Source: an uncultured Ignavibacteriaceae bacterium
GTDB lineage: Bacteria > Bacteroidota > Ignavibacteria > Ignavibacteriales > Ignavibacteriaceae
NCBI GenBank assembly: GCA_963698525.1
Contig: CAVORE010000008.1
Span: forward strand, 33,122-97,121
Reading direction: 5' to 3'
DNA: 64,000 bases
Below are positions 28,464-37,900 of the stretch, piece by piece. A program made the position numbers and the translations under genes. The notes beneath the pieces are model-generated. The model ran no database searches, was not told the DNA's origin, and saw only the letters and a list, made by a program, of their open reading frames with translations. Numbering within the stretch: the stretch's first letter is position 1; each line of letters starts with the position of its first letter.

Positions 28464-29414
28464 ATGAGGGATGAATTAAAGAGTTTCACTTATCTGGAAG
28501 AAATATCTTCAACACTAAAAAACATTTCCTTTCCAACAAGATTTGCAGTAGAAGTAACCGCCGAGTGCAATCTTAAATGTGCCATGTGTCATCATCCGAA
28601 TATGGTAAGACCGAAAGGGAGAATGCCATTTGAACTCTGGAAAAAATGTGCTGACGAGATTGCAGAAATTTCTCCTTCTACACAGTGCTGGTTCTCTTTT
28701 TGCGGAGAACCTCTTCTTGAACCGGAACATTTGATAAAAATGATTAAGTACGGAAAGTCAGTCGGGCTTAAATCACTTAATATCAACACTAATGGAATGT
28801 TATTAACTCCCGAATGGGCCGAACCAATTATAGATTCGGGTGTGGACCTTGTTGTAATTGGCATTGATGGATTTTCTGCAGAAGTGTTTGAGAAAATAAG
28901 GATCGAAGCTAAAAGAGATGTTGTTTATTCTAATGTTGAGTATTTTCTTGAAGTGAAGAAAAAGCGCGGTTTCGGACCCGAGGTCCAGGTTCAGTTTATA
29001 GAGATGGAAGAAAACAAACATGAGCTTGACACATTTAAAAAATATTGGCTGCAGCGAAGTGCAACTATTAAAGCAAGAAGGATGTTAAGCTGGGGAGGAA
29101 AATTTGATACGCAGTTATGTGTACCTGAAGATAATCGTATTCCATGTCCATGGTCATGCACAATGATGCACGTATTCTGGGATGGAAGGGTGCCCCGTTG
29201 TCCCGGTGATACAGAAGGGGATGAAGGTGCAGGTAATGCATGGGATGAACCGTTATTTAAGCTTTGGGGAAAACTGAGTCCTTATCGGGATCTGCATTTG
29301 GAGCATCGGTTTGATGAACTTCCTGACCGTTGCCAAAATTGTACCGACTGGATGACAGGTTCTGCTGAAAGGATAAAACCGTCAGAGACTAGTGAACTAA
29401 ATGGTGGTATTTGA
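28464..29414 (+). CDS. Radical SAM enzyme with truncated SPASM/twitch-type domain
   Basis: EVTAECNLKCAMCHH is CxxxCxxC. The C-terminal region has CPWSCTMMHVFWDGRVPRC (GxxxxC) and CQNC. 316 aa, embedded between NRPS genes. Confidence 0.8.
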   Translation: MRDELKSFTYLEEISSTLKNISFPTRFAVEVTAECNLKCAMCHHPNMVRPKGRMPFELWKKCADEIAEISPSTQCWFSFCGEPLLEPEHLIKMIKYGKSVGLKSLNINTNGMLLTPEWAEPIIDSGVDLVVIGIDGFSAEVFEKIRIEAKRDVVYSNVEYFLEVKKKRGFGPEVQVQFIEMEENKHELDTFKKYWLQRSATIKARRMLSWGGKFDTQLCVPEDNRIPCPWSCTMMHVFWDGRVPRCPGDTEGDEGAGNAWDEPLFKLWGKLSPYRDLHLEHRFDELPDRCQNCTDWMTGSAERIKPSETSELNGGI

Positions 29415-29430
29415 GAAAAGGAGTAAAAAA

Positions 29431-30471
29431 ATGAAATCAATATTATATCTATGTGGTGCAGGTAATGCTGAAGGTGTTCGTCTTGCATTAAGAGTTAATG
29501 AGAAAGAACACCGTTGGGAAAAAATAGTAATTCTTGATGATGATATAAATAAGATTGGCAAGAATATACTTGGGGTGGAAATAGTTGGTCCATTTGATCA
29601 TTTAACTCAGGTTGATAAAACTAATGAACAAGTAGTTAACTTAGTTGCCAGAACAACCACTAAAAGATATAATGCTGCTGAAAAAATTAAAAAGTACGGA
29701 TTACCATTTATATCTTTGATTGACCCTAATGTTGATACCTGGGGTGTTGAATACAGTGGCGATGTAACTATTTATCAGAACGTTACTTTTTCTGCTGGTG
29801 CATTCATAGACGAAGGTTCAGTTGTTTTTACAGGTGCAGTTGTTGGTCACGGTTGTAAAGTTGGTAAATGTTGTGTTATAGCTCCGGGTGCCGTTCTCAA
29901 TGCTCGTGTCGAACTTGAAGATGGAGTTTACATGGGAACAAATGCATCAATTCTTCCTGATCTTAAAGTTGGTGCTTGGGCAACTATCGGAATTAATTCA
30001 GCTATCGTACAAAATGTACCCGAAGGTGCAACTGCAATGGGAGTTCCTGCAGAATTAGTTATGTTACCGAACAGTTCTCCGTTTCCTGGTTTACCGGTAC
30101 GAAAGGAAAATATAGATCAAAAAGTAATAATGCCAAAAGCTACTGCGAAGAGACCAAAGTTAAATACAATATTCAAAGAACCGAAGACTGAAATTGACAT
30201 AGCCATCACAGAAATATTCTCGCAAGTGCTTAAATTAGATAAAATTGGTATTGATGATAACTTTTTTGATATAGGGGGTCATTCACTCTCAGCAGTTCAG
30301 ATTGCATTTCAACTTAAGAAAAAATTCAATATAAATGTTCCTCTTCAAACATTTTTCGATTTTCCGACGATTGCCGGATTATCCAATAAGATTGAAACTG
30401 AATTAATCAGTAGTGCTGATGGCGCTGATCTTGAAAAATTATTGAATGAAATAGAGAATAAATCTCACTGA
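29431..30471 (+). CDS. NeuD/PglD-like left-handed beta-helix acyltransferase fused to a C-terminal carrier (T) domain
   Basis: The ATG at 29431 follows AAGGAG (29418-29423); the alternative ATG at 29401 overlaps the upstream gene. The N-terminal LCGAGNAEGV...ILDDD...G..I.G is the NeuD-type Rossmann-like lobe. Hexapeptide repeats run through GAFIDEGSVVFTGAVVGHGCKVGKCCVIAPGAVLNARVELEDGVYMGTNASI. The C-terminal FFDIGGHSLSAVQIAFQL is the phosphopantetheine site. Confidence 0.75.
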   Translation: MKSILYLCGAGNAEGVRLALRVNEKEHRWEKIVILDDDINKIGKNILGVEIVGPFDHLTQVDKTNEQVVNLVARTTTKRYNAAEKIKKYGLPFISLIDPNVDTWGVEYSGDVTIYQNVTFSAGAFIDEGSVVFTGAVVGHGCKVGKCCVIAPGAVLNARVELEDGVYMGTNASILPDLKVGAWATIGINSAIVQNVPEGATAMGVPAELVMLPNSSPFPGLPVRKENIDQKVIMPKATAKRPKLNTIFKEPKTEIDIAITEIFSQVLKLDKIGIDDNFFDIGGHSLSAVQIAFQLKKKFNINVPLQTFFDFPTIAGLSNKIETELISSADGADLEKLLNEIENKSH

Positions 30472-30580
30472 AATCGAACAGCATCGGTGATATTCACGTT
30501 GTTGGAGCATATCTAATCATTAAATTTAAATTATGTTTGAATTCAAGTATATTATTAAAACTCATAGAAATGAATAAAGA

Positions 30581-33500
30581 ATGGATATAAAAGAACGTCT
30601 TAAAAATCTTACGCCGGAACAACGGTCGGTATTGTTAAAAAAACTAAGTGAAGACAGAGCCGGTCAGGAATCACCCAAAAGCATGTTTCCTGAAGTAATT
30701 ATGAACACCGAAGAACGTTATGAGACTTTTCCATTGAACAATCTTCAGCAAGCATATTTAATTGGACGTTCCAACGCATTTGAGATGGGAAATATTCCTT
30801 CTGCTGCTTATGTAGAGCTTGAATGTAAAAATCTTGATCTTGATAGATTCAAAGCTGCATGGATGAAACTGATCAACAGACACGAAATTCTTCGCTCCAT
30901 AGTTAATGAAGACTATACACAACAGATACTTAAAGAATCTCCTGAATTCAAAATTCAAATTAATGATTTAAGATCTGAAGACGGTGAGTTGTTAGAAACC
31001 GAATTGAAATCTATAAAGAAAAGAATGCTGCATACGGTTAAGAGTGCCGGAACCTGGCCATTGTTCGAAGTTCAGGTTTCAAAAATAAAAGATGGAATTG
31101 ATCATGTCCATTTTAAACTCGACTTACTAAACTTTGATGCTGGAAGCATAGCAATACTTTTTAACGAGTTAAAAGAATTTTATTTAGATGCAAACAAAAA
31201 TCTTCCCGGATTAGAACTTTCATACAGAGATTATCTGATTGCCGAGAAAAAATTCGAGGAAACAGAATTCTTCACACGTTCAAAAGAATACTGGATGAAC
31301 CGTCTTGCAACTATTCCTCCGGCACCACAATTACCGCTTCGAATAAGTTCGAAGGAAGTTGAAAAGCCTTATTTCATCAGAAGAATAAAAACTATTAATT
31401 CTGATAACTGGTTTAAGTTGAAAGCGAAAGCTGCCCGTGAAGGTTTGACCCCAACAGTTTTGCTGTTAACTGCGTACGCCGAAATTCTTGGTTTGTGGAG
31501 CACCTCGTTAAGGTTCTCAATTAACATTCCTTTGTTCAATCGTTTTCCTCTTCATCCGGATGTAAATAAAATAATCGGAGATTTTTCTACTGTAGAAATT
31601 CTTGAGGTTGATAGAACGGAGAAAGAGTCATTTATAGATCGGGCGAAAAAAATTCACAAACAATTAATTGCTGATCTTGACAGTCGTTACTTTGATGGTG
31701 TTGCAGTTTTCAGAGAGTTAGCCAAAATAAATGAAGACGATTTCAGAAAAGGGGTTCCGGTAATTTTCACTAGTTTAATCGATCATAGTTTTACTGAAAA
31801 CATCAGCCAGATTGGTAGAATTGTTGACAGTGTAAACCAGACCGCACATGTCTGGCTCGATCTTCATGTTGATGAGGTTGATGGTAATTTGGTTGTCAAA
31901 TTTGATGCTGTTGAAGAGCTCTTCGAAGAATCGGTTCTTGATGATATGTTAACAACTTATATTGACCTGCTCTCAAAACTAGCAACTAATGAACAAACCT
32001 GGGAGAATAATAATTTAGCGTTGTTTCCTGCTAACCAATATGAGAAAAGACTAAAAGTAAACGATACCAATAAACCTGTACCGCAGGAACTTCTTCACTC
32101 CCTGTTTTCCAAAAAGGCAAAAGAGCAACCTGATCATCTGGCTGTAATCTCTTCAGAAAAAAGATTATCATTTAAAGAACTGGATGAGCTATCAAATCGG
32201 ATTGGAAATCATTTAAGAAAACTTGGAGCAAAGCCAGATAAACTTATTGCAATTATTATGGACAAAGGCTGGGAACAGGTTCCGGCAGTTTATGGAATTT
32301 TAAAAGCGGGTTCTGCCTATCTCCCGATCGATCCTGATTTCCCTGGCGACAGGATAAATCATTTGTTAATTGATGGTCAAGTTGAAATTATCCTAACTCA
32401 ATCCTGGATAAAAGACAGATTAGCTATTTCCGGAAACATTAATTGCTTTTCAATTGATAACGGAGATTTCGATGAAGCGGATTCAAAGGAACCCGCACCA
32501 ATACAGAAACCTGATAATCTGGCTTACGTTCTCTACACTTCAGGTTCAACCGGAAACCCAAAGGGTGTAATGATTGAACACCGCAGTGTTGTGAACCGGA
32601 TGCTTGATGTTAATGAGAGATACGGAGTAACAGAAACCGACAAAGCAATTGCACTTACAGCTCTTCAACATGATCTTTCTGTTTACGATTTATTTGGAAT
32701 GTTGATTGCTGGAGGCACAATTGTAATTCCAGAGAACGACAAACGACTTGACCCGGCTCATTGGGCAAAAATAATGAACGGAAATAAAGTAACTTTTTGG
32801 AATTCTGTTCCTGCATATCTTGAAATGTTGATTGACTATCTTGAAAACCAAAAAGACAAGAGCATAGTGCCGAATTCATTTAGAATGACTGTGCTTTCAG
32901 GTGACTGGATTCCAGTTTCAATTCCTGATCGCCTGCGAACTTTGATTCCAAAAATTCAAATTATTGGATCGGGTGGACCGACTGAAACAACAATCTGGGA
33001 TATTTACAACTTCATCGGTGAAGTCGATCCAAACTGGAAGAGTATTCCTTACGGTAAGCCACTAACAAACGCTTCTTATTATGTAATGAAAGATAATCTT
33101 GAAGAATGTCCTGAATTTGTTATTGGCGAATTATGTATTGGTGGAGCGGGACTTGCGAGAGGATTCTGGAAAGATGCGGAAAGGACAAATGATAAATTTA
33201 TTTTACATCCTTCAACTGGTGAAAGATTATATAAGAGCGGCGACCTCGGTTATTTCCGACCTGACGGAATGATACAAATTGCGGGAAGGAAAGATTTTCA
33301 GGTTAAGATCCGCGGATTAAGAGTTGAACTTGGTGAAATCGAATCAGCTTTGGAAAAACATCCGGATGTTAAAGATGCAGTTGTAACCACTATTGGTGAA
33401 TCCCAAACTAACAAACGGCTCGTAGGTTATATTGTAACTTCTAAAGAATTTAATGATGCAGTAGTTCAAACTGCCAGCAAACCGAAACAAGAGACTTTGT

Positions 33501-34912
33501 CCAATGACCAATCCGTAAGAGATGGTTCTCTTCTCTCTGAAGTTCAAAAGATGGAATTAAAACTTCAGCATCTTGAGATTAGACAGAACGATGATGATAA
33601 ACAGAAGATTGAACTGATAAAGCCCCCGACCAATAACCGGTTCAAAGAAAAATATCTTTCCAGACAGACTTACCGTACATTTCTTAACGGAAAAGAAAAA
33701 ATTTCATTTAAAAAGTTTAGTGAGTTTCTAAATTGTCTTGCTCAATTAAATTCCGACGAGCTTCCTTTTCCTAAATACAGATATCCCTCCGCAGGAAGCT
33801 TGTATCCCGTTCAAGTTTATCTTTATATAAAATCCGGGAAAATTGAAGGTGTTGATGGCGGGGCATATTACTATAATCCAAAAGATCACCGTTTGGTTTT
33901 GTTATCTTCTAACCCCAGGATATTGAAGAATATTCATACTGTAAACAATTACGAAACATTTGAAGATTCCGCTTTCTCAATCTTCCTTGTTGCACAACTG
34001 AAAGCTATTGCTCCTGTTTATGGCACAAAGACAATATCTAAAAGAACCAAGAAATCAGCATTTAAAACTTTGCTTTCCGGTCTTCACACAATGATAGTAG
34101 GCATGAAACAGCAGCAAAGTTCGGCGGATGTTTCAAGAGATTTCTGTGTTATTGAAGCCGGTTACATGGGTCAACTACTAATGACATCGGCTCAGGAAAA
34201 TCAGGTTGGTCTTTGCCCGGTTGGCGGAGTAGATTTTGATAAAATAAGAGAATACTTTGATTTGGAAGCAACACACTTATACATTCATGGATTTATGGGT
34301 GGCGCAATTTCTATTGGACAAACTAAATCTTTTTCATTAGTTGCAGATTTGCCATCTGCATCCGCACAGAAGAATACTAAGCAAGCATTTATTGAAGAAG
34401 TTAAAAATTATCTTCAGGATTCTATTCCTGATTACATGGTTCCTGCAAACTTTGTGATATTAGATGTGCTTCCGTTAACACCAAACGGTAAAGTTGATAG
34501 AAAAGCTCTTCCAATTCCAGAGGATGAAAATAGTTCGGTTTCGATCCAAATGCCTGAAGGAGAAATGAGTCCTTCTACTGAAAAAATTTCAAAGATTGTG
34601 CAAAGTATTTTGAAGATGGAAAGTATAAACCCTTTGGTTAATTTATTTAACGTGGGCGCTACTTCTATACAGATTATTATGATCACAAATCAACTAGAAA
34701 GTAAGCTTGGATTCAGACCGCGAATAGATGAGATTTATGCTGATCCAACTATCTCTGCCATTGCAAAAAAATACGATAAATTTGCGGGAATAGCATCGAA
34801 GAGTGGCAGCTCAAATGGAAAGAGCATCGAAGAGGATAAAACACTTGAATTACTGAAGAAAGTGAAATCACTTTCACAGGAAGATGTAAAATCAAAATTA
34901 AAGCAGATTTAA
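30581..34912 (+). CDS. NRPS module Cy-A(Cys-like)-[Ox]-T (thiazoline/thiazole-forming)
   Basis: FPLNNLQQAYLIGR and DLLNFDAGS (DxxxxDxxS, codons from 31121) identify a heterocyclisation domain. The A domain has LAYVLYTSGSTGNPKGV, HDLSVYDLFG, WNSVPA, LSGDWIP, GGPTETTIW and GRKDFQVKIRGLRVELGEIE. The Ox insert follows, then IPDYMVP...PNGKVDR. The carrier site is FNVGATSIQ (Ser codon 34664-34666). Confidence 0.85.
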   Translation: MDIKERLKNLTPEQRSVLLKKLSEDRAGQESPKSMFPEVIMNTEERYETFPLNNLQQAYLIGRSNAFEMGNIPSAAYVELECKNLDLDRFKAAWMKLINRHEILRSIVNEDYTQQILKESPEFKIQINDLRSEDGELLETELKSIKKRMLHTVKSAGTWPLFEVQVSKIKDGIDHVHFKLDLLNFDAGSIAILFNELKEFYLDANKNLPGLELSYRDYLIAEKKFEETEFFTRSKEYWMNRLATIPPAPQLPLRISSKEVEKPYFIRRIKTINSDNWFKLKAKAAREGLTPTVLLLTAYAEILGLWSTSLRFSINIPLFNRFPLHPDVNKIIGDFSTVEILEVDRTEKESFIDRAKKIHKQLIADLDSRYFDGVAVFRELAKINEDDFRKGVPVIFTSLIDHSFTENISQIGRIVDSVNQTAHVWLDLHVDEVDGNLVVKFDAVEELFEESVLDDMLTTYIDLLSKLATNEQTWENNNLALFPANQYEKRLKVNDTNKPVPQELLHSLFSKKAKEQPDHLAVISSEKRLSFKELDELSNRIGNHLRKLGAKPDKLIAIIMDKGWEQVPAVYGILKAGSAYLPIDPDFPGDRINHLLIDGQVEIILTQSWIKDRLAISGNINCFSIDNGDFDEADSKEPAPIQKPDNLAYVLYTSGSTGNPKGVMIEHRSVVNRMLDVNERYGVTETDKAIALTALQHDLSVYDLFGMLIAGGTIVIPENDKRLDPAHWAKIMNGNKVTFWNSVPAYLEMLIDYLENQKDKSIVPNSFRMTVLSGDWIPVSIPDRLRTLIPKIQIIGSGGPTETTIWDIYNFIGEVDPNWKSIPYGKPLTNASYYVMKDNLEECPEFVIGELCIGGAGLARGFWKDAERTNDKFILHPSTGERLYKSGDLGYFRPDGMIQIAGRKDFQVKIRGLRVELGEIESALEKHPDVKDAVVTTIGESQTNKRLVGYIVTSKEFNDAVVQTASKPKQETLSNDQSVRDGSLLSEVQKMELKLQHLEIRQNDDDKQKIELIKPPTNNRFKEKYLSRQTYRTFLNGKEKISFKKFSEFLNCLAQLNSDELPFPKYRYPSAGSLYPVQVYLYIKSGKIEGVDGGAYYYNPKDHRLVLLSSNPRILKNIHTVNNYETFEDSAFSIFLVAQLKAIAPVYGTKTISKRTKKSAFKTLLSGLHTMIVGMKQQQSSADVSRDFCVIEAGYMGQLLMTSAQENQVGLCPVGGVDFDKIREYFDLEATHLYIHGFMGGAISIGQTKSFSLVADLPSASAQKNTKQAFIEEVKNYLQDSIPDYMVPANFVILDVLPLTPNGKVDRKALPIPEDENSSVSIQMPEGEMSPSTEKISKIVQSILKMESINPLVNLFNVGATSIQIIMITNQLESKLGFRPRIDEIYADPTISAIAKKYDKFAGIASKSGSSNGKSIEEDKTLELLKKVKSLSQEDVKSKLKQI
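33640..34330 (+). other. FMN-dependent oxidase (nitroreductase/SagB-like Ox) domain inserted between A8 and A9 (approximate bounds)
   Basis: LSRQTYRTF...PKYRYPSAGSLYPVQVYLYI...GAYYYNPKDHRLVLL...EAGYMGQLLM...GLCPVGG matches the Ox domains of thiazole-forming NRPS modules. Confidence 0.7.
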
Positions 34913-34924
34913 GTAACTGATTAG

Positions 34925-37900
34925 ATGAACTTATCTTATGATGAAATAGCCAGGCTTACATCTGAACAACGTGCTCTATTAGAAAAGCTGATGAAAGAAG
35001 AGGGGCTGGATGTTTCAAAGTTACCAATACCACTCCGGCAAAAAGAATCAAAAATCCCTCTAACTCCAACTCAAAAAAGATTCTGGTTTCTTGAAAAAAT
35101 TCATCCCGGGACCTCAACATATAATATTCCAATTTTCTTCAAGATAAAAGGCAAGATTTCCATTGAGATTCTTGAAAAAAGTTTCAAGCAGCTTGTCCAA
35201 AGACATAGTTTATTAAGAACTAAATTTATTGAAATTGATAGTGAACCATACCAGGAAATTTTACAGCATGATAATTTCAGAATAAATGTGAGCGAGCTTA
35301 ATAAGAACGAACTCTCCGACAAAGATCCCGATGTTCAGAAAGTTCTGACTAACGAATTACAAAAACCTTTTGACTTTATTAATGATTTTTTGTTGAGAAT
35401 TCTTCTTATAAAATGCAATAAGAACGAATTTATCTTATCAATCGTAACGCATCATCTTTATGCTGATGGTTGGTCCATTCGTATTTTATTAAAAGAATTA
35501 GATGAGATTTACAACTCATTCAATGAAAAGAAAAATGCCTCCCTGAAAGAGCTCACAATTGATTTTCCGGATTATGCCTGCTGGCTCGATGATCATCTGG
35601 ATGACAGCAGCTTAGAGGAACAATTAAAATTCTGGAAAGAAAAACTTAACGGCGCATCATTAATCTTAGATTTACCAACGGATTTTAACCGTCCTGCTGT
35701 AGAAAAATATAATGGTGCTGCATATCATTTTGAAATTGACACTACCAGGGCTGGGATGATTTCTGCTTTGACAAAGAAGTTGAAAGTGACAAAGTTTGTA
35801 TTAATAATGAGCTTTTTCCAGGGGTTACTACATAAATATTCTAATCAGAATGATATAATTGTGGCAACTGCCATTTCCAACAGGAGTAGATCGGAAGTTG
35901 AAGATATCATAGGTAACTTTTCAAACAATTTGTTAATACGTACAGATTTTTCCGAAGATCCTAATTTAGAAAAAATATCTGCTCACGTTCATCAATCTTT
36001 CCTTGAAGCACTGCAAAACAAGGATCTTCCGTTTGAAAAGCTCGTTGAACAAATTAATGTTGGCCGTGACTTAAGCCGGAATGCACTTTTTCAGTTTATG
36101 ATACTTCTACACCAGGGAAGGCACGATGAGTTAATAAACTTTTCCGGAACAGAAATCTGTGAACTCGAGCCGGTTATCACCACTTCAAAATTCGATATGT
36201 TGCTTGAGATATATGATGGGAAGGATTCTTTAAGAGGTATACTTGAATACAATTCTGATTTGTTCAAATCAACAACCATTGAGCTAATGGTAAAACATTT
36301 TTTCCGTTTGATTGAAATTTGGTCTGAGCATACAAATCTTCCATTTTCAGAGATTGATATTCTAACTGATGATGAAAAAAATCTTTTAGCTGAGATTAAT
36401 AATACTGACGCTATTTATCCCAAAAAATTACGACTTCATGATCTTTTTGAAATGCAGGCCGAGAAAACCCCGGATAAAATAGCTGTTGAGTTTGAAGGAA
36501 AATTTTTAACTTATTCTGATCTTAATAGCAAAGCAAATAAGGTAGCTAATTATTTACGAAAGCTTGGAATTGAAGAAAGCCAATTTGTAGGCATTTGTGT
36601 CGATCGCTCAATCGAGATGCTGATTGGAATTATAGGAATTCTAAAAGCCGGATGCGCTTATATTCCTTTAGATTCGGGTTTTCCATCGAACAGGTTAAAC
36701 TATATGCTTGAAGATGCCAAAGTAAAGATACTGCTTACTTCAAATAAACTAAAAGATATCTTCCATAAAGTCGATTTAAAATGTGTGTTACTAGATGATG
36801 ATTGGAAACTTCTTGAAAAAGAAAATGAAGAGAATTTAATTTCAAAAATATCTTCAGAAGATCTTGCATATGTAATTTACACTTCAGGTTCAACGGGAAA
36901 TCCTAAAGGCGTGCAGATAAAGCATAAATCCGTTGTTAACTTTTTACTTTCTATGCAGATGGAACCCGGAATAACTTCTGAAGATGTTCTTCTTTCCGTC
37001 ACAACAATTTCCTTCGATATTTCTGTGCTGGAAATGTTTTTACCCATTATTTCCGGTGCCAAGCTGGTTATTGCTGGAAAAGCTGTTACATGGGATGGTA
37101 AACAATTACTAAAATTACTGCATGATACAAATGCTAACGTAATGCAGGCAACACCATCAACCTGGCGGCTGATGATTGAATCAGGCTGGAGATCGACCCT
37201 TAACTTAAAAATGCTGTGCGGTGGTGAGGCACTTTCAATTGAACTGGCCAACCAAATGCTTGATAGAGGTGGTTCACTCTGGAATATGTATGGTCCAACC
37301 GAAACAACAATCTGGTCTTCTGTTAAAAAAATAGAGCCCAGAAGTGAGTCCGTTTTAATCGGGCCACCAATTGCGAATACGCAATTTTATATTCTTGATA
37401 ATGATTTGAAACCTGTTCCATTCGGTATACCCGGTGAACTTTTTATTGGTGGTGACGGACTTGCAAAAGGATATCTGTACAGGCCTGAATTAACTAATGA
37501 AAAATTTATATCAAATCCTTTCACAAACTCGGATTCGAAATTATACAGAACAGGGGATTTGACCAGATTCAGGAATAATGGCGACATTGAATTTCTTGGA
37601 CGTTTAGATTATCAGGTAAAGATAAGAGGTTTCAGAATTGAGCTTGGTGAAATTGAAAATGTGCTTTCAGAACATCCTGAGATAAAAAATGTAGCTGTGA
37701 ATGCCTGGTCTGATGTAAGTGGAGATAAAAAATTAGTTGCTTATTACACTTCTATAAATGGAACTTCCATTGAAGTAACCAACTTAAGATCTTATTTAAC
37801 AAATAAGCTGCCCGATTATATGGTCCCATCTTTCTTTGTGAAGATGGGTGAATTACCAGTTACTCCAAACAAGAAAATAGATCGAAAAGCTTTACCGGCA

